Shown here: one piece after another, positions 29,588 to 39,718 of the stretch | Position numbering within the stretch: the stretch's first letter is position 1 | How the letters are laid out: each line of letters starts with the position of its first letter | Source: Candidatus Latescibacterota bacterium | GTDB lineage: Bacteria > Latescibacterota > UBA2968 > GCA-2709665 | Direction of reading: 5' to 3' | NCBI GenBank assembly: GCA_963662665.2 | Contig: CAXXJS010000040.1 | Coordinates: 1-64,000 of the forward strand | DNA: 64,000 nt | Notes under the pieces: generated by a model | The model's input: the letters and a program-made list of their open reading frames with translations, nothing else | Told to the model about the DNA's origin: nothing | Databases searched by the model: none | Translations under genes and position numbers: made by a program

Positions 29588-30415
29588 ATGACACTCCATC
29601 AGGCAAAGCTGAACATCGTGGAAGCCGGACGCAGGCTCTACGATAAAGGATATATCGTCTCGAGCGACGGCAATATCTCCGCCCGTTTCGATGAAGGCCG
29701 ACTGATCGTAACACCCAGCGGGTTGTGCAAAGGTACGATGTCCGTAGAGGATCTGTGCGTCTGCGATATGGAAGGCAGGAAGATAAGCGGCCGGCTGAAC
29801 CCTTCATCCGAAATCGGCATGCATCTGTTTCTCTACCGGGAGAGGCCCGACGTCAAGGCGGTTGTCCATGCGCATCCGCCCACGGCCACCGGATTCTCCG
29901 TTGCCGGAATGCCGCTCACCGACTGCGTACTGCCCGAAGTCGTGATCACACTCGGATCGATCCCCACCGCGGACTACGGCACGCCGGGCGGACCGGAGAT
30001 TTCAGAGCCAATTCGAGAATTCGTTAAGGACTACGACGCCTATCTGCTGGAAAACCACGGCGCAACCACCGTTGGTTCCGACGTCATGAACGCATATTTC
30101 AAAATGGAGACCCTGGAGCATTTTGCCCGAATCCTGTTTGTCGCGCGTCAGTTGGGCGGCGCAAATGTACTGAATCAGGAACAGGTCGACAAACTCGTCC
30201 AGATCCGCCAGCGCCTGGGCATCCGGGGTCCGGAACCCGCGTGCGTCATTGGTAAGGCGCCAACCAGGCCCAGCACCTCAACTTCGCAAATCCCAACGCT
30301 TCGCACACGCAGCGCTTCGACTCCCTCCGACGGACTTCCACCGCCGGAAGACGATCTCGTCACGGAAATCACCCGCCAGGTGATGCAGGAACTCCACAGC
30401 CAGAATCTCGAATAG
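29588..30415 (+). CDS. Class II aldolase (fuculose/rhamnulose-phosphate aldolase-like) with C-terminal encapsulation peptide
   Basis: DGNISAR, TPSG, PSSE..MH, VVHAHP, LLENHG; Pro/Ser/Thr linker followed by DDLVTEITRQVMQEL. Confidence 0.9.
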   Translation: MTLHQAKLNIVEAGRRLYDKGYIVSSDGNISARFDEGRLIVTPSGLCKGTMSVEDLCVCDMEGRKISGRLNPSSEIGMHLFLYRERPDVKAVVHAHPPTATGFSVAGMPLTDCVLPEVVITLGSIPTADYGTPGGPEISEPIREFVKDYDAYLLENHGATTVGSDVMNAYFKMETLEHFARILFVARQLGGANVLNQEQVDKLVQIRQRLGIRGPEPACVIGKAPTRPSTSTSQIPTLRTRSASTPSDGLPPPEDDLVTEITRQVMQELHSQNLE

Positions 30416-30441
30416 CGCACGTCACCCGACTCCCGCCGACC

Positions 30442-31632
30442 ATGAAAATCCTCGTCGCCAACGTTGGCAGTACGTCATTCAAGTACAAACTCTTCAATAT
30501 GACGGACGAGGCGGTGCTCGCCGAAGGACGCCTCGAGCGTATCGGCGGCACCGAGTGCCCCGTTGAACATCGCGTTGGCGGGTCGGAAACCCGATCCACC
30601 TGCGCGTTGCCGGATTATCCCTCTGCGATCCGGAACGTGATGGATGCCCTCAGCGGGACGGACGGGATCCGGGGGGCCTCGGACCTTGATGCCGTGGGAT
30701 TCAAGACCGTCCACCTGCGGGGAGAACCCGGGACCTACATGCTGGACGACGGGATTCTCGAGCGCATGGCCGACTACAACGAACTTGCGCCAGCGCACAA
30801 CCCGCCGTACATCCAGGCCGTCCGTATCTTTCAGGAGTTGTACCCCGGCCTACCGCTGGTCGGACTCTTCGAACCGGCCTTCCACACCACCATCCCGGAC
30901 TATGCGTATACCTACAGCGTGCCCTTCGCCTGGTACGAAACCTACGGCGTACGCAAATACGGCTTCCACGGCGCCTCCCACCGTTACATTTCCGAAAGGG
31001 CGCCCAGACTCCTCAACCGCCCTTCACAGGGGTTGAACCTGATTTCCTGCCACCTGGGAGGCAGCGCATCTCTGTGCGCCGTCAAGAACGGCAGGTCAAT
31101 AGACACCACGATGGGATTTTCCGCCCAGGACGGCATTATCCACGGTAGCAGGAACGGCGCCATAGACCCTTTCGTCGTTCCTTTTATCATGGACCGCGAA
31201 AACCTCTCCACGGACGAGATCAGGCGCATTCTCACTACGGAAAGCGGTCTGCTCGGTATCTCCGGCATCAGCGGCGACGTTCGCGACCTGGAAGCGGCCG
31301 CCACTGCCGGCAATCGAAGGGCAAAGCTGGCCATCGAGACTTTCTGTTACGGTGTGAAGACGGCCATCGGCGCGATGGCTGCGGCGCTTGGAGGGGTCGA
31401 TGCGCTTGCCTTCGCCGGCGGCATCGGCGAACGCGGCGACCACGTTCGGCGCCGCATCTGCCATGGTCTTGAATTCCTCGGCATTCAGCTGGACGCCGAA
31501 AAAAACCGCTCCGGGCCCCCGGAACGGCTGATTTCCACTCCAGGTAGCGTCGTGGAGACCCTGATTGTGACCACGAACGAAGAAATCATCGTCGCCCGCG
31601 AAACCGCGGCCTTCCTCGGACGTCCGTCGTAG
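30442..31632 (+). CDS. ackA: Acetate/propionate kinase
   Basis: NVGSTSFK, LAPAHN, RKYGFHGASH, CHLGG, DTTMG, FAGGIGE, TNEE. Confidence 0.92.
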   Translation: MKILVANVGSTSFKYKLFNMTDEAVLAEGRLERIGGTECPVEHRVGGSETRSTCALPDYPSAIRNVMDALSGTDGIRGASDLDAVGFKTVHLRGEPGTYMLDDGILERMADYNELAPAHNPPYIQAVRIFQELYPGLPLVGLFEPAFHTTIPDYAYTYSVPFAWYETYGVRKYGFHGASHRYISERAPRLLNRPSQGLNLISCHLGGSASLCAVKNGRSIDTTMGFSAQDGIIHGSRNGAIDPFVVPFIMDRENLSTDEIRRILTTESGLLGISGISGDVRDLEAAATAGNRRAKLAIETFCYGVKTAIGAMAAALGGVDALAFAGGIGERGDHVRRRICHGLEFLGIQLDAEKNRSGPPERLISTPGSVVETLIVTTNEEIIVARETAAFLGRPS

Positions 31633-31651
31633 CGCGCAGATCCCCGATCCC

Positions 31652-33076
31652 ATGATATCCCTGCTCAGCACGCTGTTTCTCCTGATCTCCGAACCCCTGC
31701 CCGCCTTCGATAGGGCGCTCTGGACCGCCTTTCCCAACATGAACTCGGTTACGTCCCTGGCGGAAGGCAGCCAGTATATCTACGTGGGCACCCTGAGCGG
31801 TATCCGGCGTTACGACATTTACGGCGAACGCTGGCACAGGCCTCTAACCGTCCTGGACGGCCTTCCCGACAACCGCATTCGCGCGCTGGCCTACGATTCC
31901 CATTCCGGTGAACTCTGGATGGACACGCCATCCGGCGCGGCCCGCTGGCTCACCCGGCTCGAGACCGTTTCTTTTTTCGGCGACAACCCTCCACCGCGTC
32001 GTCCTCCAGCGCCGATACCACCCGTCTATCTGCCCTTTGGACACTTCCTGCAGGACGGCTGGATCCGGGGTCCGCGAAGGGCATATCCAATAACGGCCAC
32101 GCTAATGGATACCTGGCAGACACTGTGGATAGGCACCGGCGGGCTGGGCGTCGGCAAGGCAGACATGACGGACCGACAACTCGAATTCCACCCATTCGGC
32201 CCTCTGGACGAAAACGTCACGGCCATGGCCAGAGACGGAGACAGCATCTGGTTCGGGGGCAAGGGGGTCTATGGGATAAGGGAACAGGGAATTACGCGGT
32301 ACAATCTTTCAACCCGGACGTGGGAGTACTTCGAGCCGGAGGACATCATGGGTCTGGACGAGGCCCGCATTTCCACCATTTTTACGGACGGCACCGCTGT
32401 CTGGTTCGGCGCCTGGAACGGCCTGATCCGATATGCCCGTCACACGGATCAATGGATGACCTATCCTATGCCAAACCGTCGAGGGGTCACCGCCCTGGCA
32501 AGGGCGAATTCCCGGCTCTGGATCGGCACACAGGCCGGACTGGCCGTGTTCGATACGCAGGCCGACACGATTCGTTGGGTAGACGGCAGTGAGGGTTTTT
32601 CCATTCAGGCCATGGCCGTGGGCGCAGGCCACGTCTGGGCAGGCACCCATTCAGGCCTTTTTCGCTGTCCCGTGGACGATGTATCCTGGACGCCCGTCCG
32701 AAGCCCCGGCGGTCTCACGTCCGGCGCCATCAACGGATTGGCCACCTGCAACGCAGAGGTGTGGGCAACCGTTGAATCGCCGTCGGCGCTCATTCATCTG
32801 GCCGCGGCCGACACGGTATGGCAACGTTACGCGCTGCCCGAGATCCACGGCAACCTACGCGTTGCGATTGCTGCCGATACCAGCCGTGTATGGCTGGGAA
32901 CCGACCTGGGCGCGTTCCACTTCAACGTTTCCACCCGTCTCTGGACGCGTTATACCCGCACCAACGGCCTGATCGACGACCGCACGCAGGCCGTACTCCT
33001 CCAGGACGACTACGTCTGGTTCGGCACGGAAAAGGGTGTGAGTCGATATAACTGGTCGCAAGACTTTTTTAGATAA
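31652..33076 (+). CDS. Secreted beta-propeller protein (two-component-regulator propeller-like repeats)
   Basis: Signal peptide; repeated LWIGT/VWFG blades; DGLPDNRI and NGLIDD motifs. Confidence 0.72.
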   Translation: MISLLSTLFLLISEPLPAFDRALWTAFPNMNSVTSLAEGSQYIYVGTLSGIRRYDIYGERWHRPLTVLDGLPDNRIRALAYDSHSGELWMDTPSGAARWLTRLETVSFFGDNPPPRRPPAPIPPVYLPFGHFLQDGWIRGPRRAYPITATLMDTWQTLWIGTGGLGVGKADMTDRQLEFHPFGPLDENVTAMARDGDSIWFGGKGVYGIREQGITRYNLSTRTWEYFEPEDIMGLDEARISTIFTDGTAVWFGAWNGLIRYARHTDQWMTYPMPNRRGVTALARANSRLWIGTQAGLAVFDTQADTIRWVDGSEGFSIQAMAVGAGHVWAGTHSGLFRCPVDDVSWTPVRSPGGLTSGAINGLATCNAEVWATVESPSALIHLAAADTVWQRYALPEIHGNLRVAIAADTSRVWLGTDLGAFHFNVSTRLWTRYTRTNGLIDDRTQAVLLQDDYVWFGTEKGVSRYNWSQDFFR

Positions 33077-33334
33077 TTTATTGTTATTTACTGATTTAAT
33101 GTCGAGTGTGTCTCGCCTCTGCCAAAAAAAACGTGACACAAACGGTCATTTTCCTTATCTTTAGTTTCGGTATAAAATGTAACCAAAACGCTTGCCCGTT
33201 CCTATACCGAATGGTCCTGATGAACATTCCCCTTCTTCATCTGCTCAGTTGAACGAAAGCGGCCAATCCGAGTGTATCCGTCCGACCGGAATGGCCGCTG
33301 AATTGTTTGTGTATTTCGATTTCCGGGACCCCCG

Positions 33335-33784
33335 ATGGCAAAAAACGCGTTAGGTCTGATCGAAACTCGCGGATTCACCGGCGTCGTTGAAGCGGCAGAC
33401 GCGGCAGTCAAAGCCGCCGCCGTCGAACTAGCGGCCGTCGAAAAGATAGAGGGCGGTCTGGTATCCATTCGGATCCTGGGCGACGTTGGCGCCGTGCAAG
33501 CCGCTGTACAGGCGGCCGCTGAGGCCGCAGAGCAAGTCGGCCAACTGGTATCCCAGCACGTCATTCCCAACCCTCATGACGAACTGGTAGAGGTATTTGA
33601 ACTGAACGGGCCGCAACCCTCGTCACCCCGGGATCCCAACCTCGGCGGTCAATCGGTTGTACAACTCCGACGCCTGGCCAGACAGACGCCCGGCCTTTCC
33701 ATCAAGGGGCGTGAAATTTCCCGTGCCACCCGGCAGCAACTAATCCAGGCGCTCCTCAGCGCGGATGCCAACACCGACCAGTAA
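33335..33784 (+). CDS. BMC-H shell protein with C-terminal basic helical extension
   Basis: ALGLIETRG...AADAAVKAA...GDVGAV...HVIPNPH, then a linker and SVVQLRRLAR...EISRATRQQLI. Confidence 0.88.
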   Translation: MAKNALGLIETRGFTGVVEAADAAVKAAAVELAAVEKIEGGLVSIRILGDVGAVQAAVQAAAEAAEQVGQLVSQHVIPNPHDELVEVFELNGPQPSSPRDPNLGGQSVVQLRRLARQTPGLSIKGREISRATRQQLIQALLSADANTDQ

Positions 33785-33801
33785 CGTCGAAGGAGACCGG
33801 G

Positions 33802-34146
33802 ATGGATACAGATACGCTTTGGGAACGCATTAAGAAAGGGATCATCGACAGTGCTGCAACGGCGGCCCACAAGGCCGAGCACCTCGGGAGAATCGGTCGC
33901 GCCAGGCTCGATATCGCGGGAACCCGCCATGCCATTCACGAAGCGTTTGCCGAACTGGGTGGCGCGGTCTATGCCCGTTTGTCCGAAGGTAGCGACGCCG
34001 GCGTCGCTCTAACGGACGACGTGCAGGATCTGGTGCGGAGAATCAACGAACTGGAAAGCCTGCTGCAGGAGCGGGAAATCCGCCTGAAGCGTCTGAAGGC
34101 CGGCAACAACCAGGAAGAAGAGAAGGCCGCAGAAGCGGAGACCTGA
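33802..34146 (+). CDS. Hypothetical coiled-coil protein
   Basis: AAGGAG RBS, tight spacing with neighbours, amphipathic helical pattern. Confidence 0.7.
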   Translation: MDTDTLWERIKKGIIDSAATAAHKAEHLGRIGRARLDIAGTRHAIHEAFAELGGAVYARLSEGSDAGVALTDDVQDLVRRINELESLLQEREIRLKRLKAGNNQEEEKAAEAET

Positions 34147-34165
34147 CCTCTTTGGACCTATCGGC

Positions 34166-35548
34166 ATGACACCGCAACCGAACCGTGTCCGCCGGACTGT
34201 GTTCCTTGGCGTCCTCTTCCTGTTTTGCGTCCGGACTGCCTGGACCGCCAGTTCGGATGGGTCATTCGCCGATGTCGCCAGGCTCGTCAGGCCCGTGGTC
34301 GTCAGCATCTCCGCGAACAGCGCTTACGGCAGGGAGATCTCCCGTTCCGGGCTGCGCCAGGGCCCTTCGGCGTTGCGTTACGGATCCGGCTTTGTCCTGG
34401 ACGATATCGGGCATATCCTGACGAGCAACCACGTTATAGAAGGCGCCATACGTATTCAGGTCGGATTTTCCGATGGCACGGAATATGCCGCTGAAATCGT
34501 CGGACAGGATCCCGACACCGACCTCGCGCTCCTGAGGCTTCTTTCGGCAGCCCCGATCGATCGTTCACGTATTGCACGGCTTGGCACCTCCGATTCCGTG
34601 AGGGTCGGCGACTGGGTCATGGCCGTCGGCAGTCCGTTCGGCTTTCATCATACGGTCAGCGTCGGTGTAATCAGCGCCAAAGGGCGTCATCTGGAAAGAA
34701 TCCAGGGCGATATCCCGGCACCGCCCTTTCAAGATTTCTTGCAGACGGACGCGTCCATCAATCCCGGCAACAGCGGCGGGCCTCTGGTGAATCGCGCCGG
34801 GCGGGTCGTGGGCGTAAACACCGCGTACAATCCCGCCGGATCCGGCATCGGGTTCGCCATCCCGATCAACGTTGCCGGAAGGGTTGCGGCGCAACTGCGT
34901 CAACACGGGGAAGTCATCCGGGGATATCTGGGTATCCATCCCCAGGATGTTACGTCCGATCTTGCCGACGCGCTGGAACTGGACTCGACATCCGGCATAC
35001 TGATCGGGGAAGTTCAGTCGGACAGCCCGGCGGGGCGAAGCGGCCTCAAGAGAGGCGACATCATCAGGACACTCGATGACGAAGCCGTCATCGATGCTGA
35101 AGGTTTCCAGAACAGGATTACCAGGTACCGTCCAGGGGAATCCGTTGCGCTTTCCGTCCTTCGCGACGGGATGCCGTTGAGGATTTCCTGCACGCTCGGC
35201 CGGCGGCGGAAGCAGCCGAGGCCACCCGGCCGGATTCAAACCAACATTTCAAATTGGCCCGGGCTTGAGGTCAAGAATCGCTCAGATTGGGAAAGCGGCC
35301 GCCTGCAAGCGTCCAGAACCGGACCCGGCGTTGTGGTACACTACGTGGCGCCAGGAAGTCCGGCGGAAAAAAAAGAAATCGAACGCGGCGATGCGATCCT
35401 TGAAATCGACGGTGTTGCCATCTCAAGCGTCCGAGACTACCACAAGATGGTAGAAAAGATCCGGGGGGCCGTCAGGCCCGGCCTCTTTCTGATCTTGAAA
35501 AAGGACGATGGCAACACGCGATTCATTGCCCTCCGACCGGGACATTGA
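34166..35548 (+). CDS. degP: HtrA/DegP serine protease with two PDZ domains
   Basis: GSGF, LTSNHV, DLALL, QTDASINPGNSGGPL, RGYLGI, two SPA...GD PDZ motifs. Confidence 0.93.
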   Translation: MTPQPNRVRRTVFLGVLFLFCVRTAWTASSDGSFADVARLVRPVVVSISANSAYGREISRSGLRQGPSALRYGSGFVLDDIGHILTSNHVIEGAIRIQVGFSDGTEYAAEIVGQDPDTDLALLRLLSAAPIDRSRIARLGTSDSVRVGDWVMAVGSPFGFHHTVSVGVISAKGRHLERIQGDIPAPPFQDFLQTDASINPGNSGGPLVNRAGRVVGVNTAYNPAGSGIGFAIPINVAGRVAAQLRQHGEVIRGYLGIHPQDVTSDLADALELDSTSGILIGEVQSDSPAGRSGLKRGDIIRTLDDEAVIDAEGFQNRITRYRPGESVALSVLRDGMPLRISCTLGRRRKQPRPPGRIQTNISNWPGLEVKNRSDWESGRLQASRTGPGVVVHYVAPGSPAEKKEIERGDAILEIDGVAISSVRDYHKMVEKIRGAVRPGLFLILKKDDGNTRFIALRPGH

Positions 35549-35787
35549 TCCCTCTTCAGCCAGACGCTGAAGTTCATCCGGCCGTCTGAAAGGAGGCCAA
35601 TCCTTATGTAACGTATTCCAGCTCTTCAGTATCCACATCGTGAAAAGCAAGGTTCGCTAAGGACAGTCTGAATCCCCTTCGAGAAACTCAGTCGTTTCTC
35701 CCGAACTGATTTCTCGGCTCACAGTCCGGCTCCGAGAGACCCCGGCCAACTGAACCGACCTTCCCCGGTGCAACGAAAGGCTGACGT

Positions 35788-36645
35788 GTGTCCAAGCTAG
35801 CCAAAAGGCCCTACGCGCGCGAAGATGAATCCTTAGATCAGTACCTTCAGGAAATCGGCGAAGTCGATCTTCTCACGGCAAATGAAGAAATCACCCTCGC
35901 CAAGAGAATCAAGAAGGGCGACCAGGATGCCCTCGAAAAGTTGACCAAAGCCAACCTGAGATTTGTTGTCAGCGTTGCCAAACAATACCAGAATCAGGGT
36001 CTCTCAATGGGAGACCTGATCAACGAGGGAAATCTGGGCCTCATAAAAGCTGCCAAACGCTTTGACGAGACAAAGGGCTTCAAGTTTATCTCCTATGCCG
36101 TCTGGTGGATCAGGCAGGCCATCCTCCAGGCTCTTGCCGAGCAATCCAGAATTGTACGGTTGCCCCTGAACCGGGTGGGCGCCCTGCACAAGATCGGCAA
36201 GGCATCCAGCGGGCTGGAGCAGGAATACGGACGAGAGCCCAGCCCCAGCGAAATTGCCGACGAACTTGAAATGAGCGACTACGAGGTGATGGATACGCTC
36301 AAGATCTCCAGCCGACACCTTTCGCTTGACGCCCCGTTCAGCGAGAGTGAAGACAATAGTCTGCTGGACATCCTCGAAGATCAGTTGCAGCCGCCGCCCG
36401 ACGAATCGCTTATAGACGATTCACTTCACCGCGAAGTCGAGAAAGCGCTGGCAACCCTTACTCCCAGGGAAGCCGAAGTGATCAGCCTTTACTTTGGCAT
36501 CAACCGGGAGCATCCGCTCACCCTGGAGGAAATCGGAGAACGTTTCGGATTAACCCGCGAGCGGGTCCGCCAGATCAAGGAAAAAGCCATTCACAGGCTG
36601 CGCCACAACTCCAGAAGCCGCCCCCTCAAGGCGTATCTTCATTGA
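35788..36645 (+). CDS. rpoD: Sigma-70 factor RpoD/SigA (short type lacking region 1.1)
   Basis: [42 protein letters not shown]...LTRERVRQI. Confidence 0.92.
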   Translation: MSKLAKRPYAREDESLDQYLQEIGEVDLLTANEEITLAKRIKKGDQDALEKLTKANLRFVVSVAKQYQNQGLSMGDLINEGNLGLIKAAKRFDETKGFKFISYAVWWIRQAILQALAEQSRIVRLPLNRVGALHKIGKASSGLEQEYGREPSPSEIADELEMSDYEVMDTLKISSRHLSLDAPFSESEDNSLLDILEDQLQPPPDESLIDDSLHREVEKALATLTPREAEVISLYFGINREHPLTLEEIGERFGLTRERVRQIKEKAIHRLRHNSRSRPLKAYLH

Positions 36646-36660
36646 AGATGCCGCACCGAC

Positions 36661-36702
36661 AAAGCCACAGCCAACGTTACCCGATGGCTGTGGCCTTTTT
36701 TT
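36661..36702 (+). terminator. Intrinsic terminator
   Basis: GCCACAGCCA/TGGCTGTGGC 10-bp stem followed by T7. Confidence 0.85.
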
Positions 36703-36829
36703 GTCCTGGCGACTGAGACGATCTCGCCCGCCGGCACTTGACGGAACCACGCGAAACATATACATTTGGAAACCCTGCGACGCCCTGCAAACCGTTCAAC
36801 AACCTCATTCACCGAAAGGATTCAGACCC

Positions 36830-37081
36830 ATGTCGAACAGTAAATCGATAAAGTCGCTGCTGGTTGTCGTCGCTTTCCTGCTGATTGCCAACCTGATCCG
36901 GCCCCTCTGGACCCCGGGCACGGCCCATGCCCAGGATGAGGGGGCAGCCGCCAACCTCGCCATAACCGGCGCAGGTACGAGCGCCTGGATCATTAAGGAC
37001 AGTAACCTTTACTACGCAATCTACGAAAAGCAGTACGAGTCCATCCGCGTTTACGGTCCCGAAGAACTGCCGGAAGAGTGA
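36830..37081 (+). CDS. Small exported hypothetical protein
   Basis: AAAGGA RBS, basic plus hydrophobic leader ending AHA. Confidence 0.65.
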   Translation: MSNSKSIKSLLVVVAFLLIANLIRPLWTPGTAHAQDEGAAANLAITGAGTSAWIIKDSNLYYAIYEKQYESIRVYGPEELPEE

Positions 37082-37168
37082 TCACCGCCATGGGTCTTCA
37101 AACAGTATCTCCAATGCGCCGGTATTGTCGCCCCGAGTCCCCTCCGAACCACATAGCCTGAGGCATTC

Positions 37169-39634
37169 ATGAGGACCTTCCGGGAACAGAACCGGCTCAT
37201 TGGCGCCCTGATTTTTCTGATCACGTGTTTCGTCTACGTCCGAACCGTTGCGCCAACGGTCACGTTCTGGGACACCGGTGAATTCATCGCCGCTTCGTAC
37301 ATCCTTGGCGTTCCGCATCCGCCCGGCGCGCCGTTTCATACCCTGCTGGGCCGCATCTTCACGCTCTTCGCGAACCCCGAAAACGTCGCCTTCAGCGTGA
37401 ACCTGATTTCGGTGCTTGCCAGCGCCACAACGGCCCTCCTGCTCTACTTCTGCAGCGTCCGTCTGCTCACCCGGTGGCTCAATCCAGGCCGCATTTCCGA
37501 CCGCATCGCCATCCTGACCGGCGGCGCGGTCGCGGCTCTTTCCGTCGCGTTCTCCACGTCCTTCTGGGCAAATGCCACCGAGGCCGAAGTCTATTCGCTG
37601 TCCATGCTGTTCACCGTCCTCGCATTCTACCTGGCCCTGCGCTGGGACGGCGCCCCTGAAGACAGGTATCGCGACCGCCGGCTCGTATTCATCGTTTACC
37701 TCTTCTTTCTGGGCGCGGGCGTGCATCTTCAGTGCCTGCTCACCGTGCCCGGAATTCTAATCCTGGTCTTCTCAGATCTGCTCAGGGACCGGTCAGTTTC
37801 CGTGCAGGCGGCCGTTGTCATCGGACTTACGTTATTTCCCTTTCTCTGCATCATCTCTCCTTTTGAGGTCACCGTTGTTCTGGCACTTGCCATACTTGCA
37901 GTACTCCTGGCACTTCGTCCGGCCTGGCGTCATCCCGCGTTCTGGCTGTGCGCCCTCGGGATGATCGCCCTCGGATATTCCACGTACGTCATGCTCTACA
38001 TCCGTTCGGGCCTGGATCCCTTCGTGGATATGAACAATCCCGAGACCCTCGAGAATTTCAAGGCCTTCCTCACCCGCCAGCAATACGGCGTCCATTCCAT
38101 TTTTCCCCGCCGGGGTGATTTCTGGGACTTTCAGTTCAACATCCACGTCAAATATTTCCTCCAGCAATTCCCATTTTACGATCAGGGGCTCGTCGGCCGC
38201 TTCTTCTCGGAAACACTGCCCGGGTTCACGGAACGATTTTCCATCGGCGCGATGCTGTCCGGGACGTTCCGCAGGGCCGTGGCCACGATGGACGGCAACC
38301 GGGAAACCATCGCGTATTCGGTTGTGCCAATTCTCCTGGGAATCGTCGGAGCGATCAGTCACTTCCGCAGAGACTGGAAGCGATTTGCCAGCGTATTCTC
38401 CATGTTTCTGCTCATGGGGCTCGGACTGGTCCTGTATCTGAATATGCCGGACCCCGAACCCCGCGAGCGGGAGTACATCTTTCTTGGCGCGTACACATTC
38501 TTCGGGCTGTGGATCGGCGTCGGAGCCGCTGCCCTCATTGTCGCCGTTGCGCGCGGTCACGCCGCGGTTCCCGCGGCCGCACTGGTCGCGGCGCTGTCCT
38601 TGACGGTGCCGGCAGGCCTCCTCCAGAAGAACTACCACGAGCGAGACCGTAGCGGAGACTTCATTGCGCACGACTATGCCCGGAACATTCTGGACTCCTG
38701 CGAGCCCAACGCCATCCTCTTCACCAACGGAGACAACGACACCTACCCGTTGTGGTTTCTCCAATACGTCAAGGGCGTCCGGCGGGACGTCCGGGTGGTC
38801 AACCTCAGCCTGCTCAAAACCACATGGTACGTCAGACAACTGCGCGACCTGGATCCGAGACTGCCTATTTCTATGACGGATGCAGACATCGATGAACGGG
38901 TCGTTGCCCGCCCCTGGCCCAACCGGTTTGACTTCCAGCTCGCCGACAGTACGATTATCGTCAAGGCCGAAGACATCCCCCTCACCGAATTTCCCGTTGG
39001 TAACCGGCGCGTGAACATCCTGGAATCTCACACCTACATGATCTGGTACCTGGTTGAACACATTGACTGGCAGCGCCCGATATATTTCGCGGTTACCGTA
39101 CCCGAACGCAACATGGGCGGTCTCCGGTCCTATCTCTCGATGGAAGGCATGGTTTACCGTCTTGTCAGACAGCGGGCCCCCGGACAGTTCGACGCCGGAT
39201 TGACCTCCCGGCATCTGCTTGACAATTACCGCTATACTGGAATTTCCGACGAGACCGTGTACAAGGACCCCGTAGCCCGGCGCCTCATCAGCAATTACCT
39301 GGTTATCTTCGAAGGCCTGGTGCGGGCGTTGCATCTTCAGGACAGTCCGTCCGAAGCCCTTCGTGTCATCCGGGTCGCGGAGAACACGATTCCTCCCGAA
39401 TCGGTGGGGGCTGACGTATGGTACTCGCTGATGCACAGCAGTTACCGGCAGCTTGCGGTCAGCTTTCTTCGCGCGGGTAAAAGAGACAGTGCGATCCTCT
39501 GCCTCGAGGAACTGATCCGCATCAATCCGAACGAGGAAGAGCGAAAGCGCATTCGCGCGGATATTCAGTTCCTTGTCCCAGCCGTAAAAACCCGTTCCGA
39601 AGATGAAGCGGTGGGAGATTCAATGGGCAACTAA
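37169..39634 (+). CDS. DUF2723/TMEM260-like GT-C protein with C-terminal TPR-like helices
   Basis: PTVTFWDTGEF..LGVPHPPG, EAEVY, REREY, LFTNGDNDTYPLW, VRVVNLSLL. Confidence 0.88.
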   Translation: MRTFREQNRLIGALIFLITCFVYVRTVAPTVTFWDTGEFIAASYILGVPHPPGAPFHTLLGRIFTLFANPENVAFSVNLISVLASATTALLLYFCSVRLLTRWLNPGRISDRIAILTGGAVAALSVAFSTSFWANATEAEVYSLSMLFTVLAFYLALRWDGAPEDRYRDRRLVFIVYLFFLGAGVHLQCLLTVPGILILVFSDLLRDRSVSVQAAVVIGLTLFPFLCIISPFEVTVVLALAILAVLLALRPAWRHPAFWLCALGMIALGYSTYVMLYIRSGLDPFVDMNNPETLENFKAFLTRQQYGVHSIFPRRGDFWDFQFNIHVKYFLQQFPFYDQGLVGRFFSETLPGFTERFSIGAMLSGTFRRAVATMDGNRETIAYSVVPILLGIVGAISHFRRDWKRFASVFSMFLLMGLGLVLYLNMPDPEPREREYIFLGAYTFFGLWIGVGAAALIVAVARGHAAVPAAALVAALSLTVPAGLLQKNYHERDRSGDFIAHDYARNILDSCEPNAILFTNGDNDTYPLWFLQYVKGVRRDVRVVNLSLLKTTWYVRQLRDLDPRLPISMTDADIDERVVARPWPNRFDFQLADSTIIVKAEDIPLTEFPVGNRRVNILESHTYMIWYLVEHIDWQRPIYFAVTVPERNMGGLRSYLSMEGMVYRLVRQRAPGQFDAGLTSRHLLDNYRYTGISDETVYKDPVARRLISNYLVIFEGLVRALHLQDSPSEALRVIRVAENTIPPESVGADVWYSLMHSSYRQLAVSFLRAGKRDSAILCLEELIRINPNEEERKRIRADIQFLVPAVKTRSEDEAVGDSMGN

Positions 39635-39662
39635 CCGAAGACATTCGCGCCACAATAGAGAC

Positions 39663-39692
39663 GGGCCGCCTGCAAGATTCAGGCGGCCCTTT
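39663..39692. terminator. Hairpin between convergent genes
   Basis: GGGCCGCCTG/CAGGCGGCCC perfect 10-bp stem. Confidence 0.6.
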
Positions 39693-39718
39693 CCCGTGAC
39701 CAATCTTATTGCTCGTTT

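Noticed and set aside
37832-39436. 534-aa minus-strand ORF
   Set aside because: Antisense shadow of the DUF2723 gene with no motifs.
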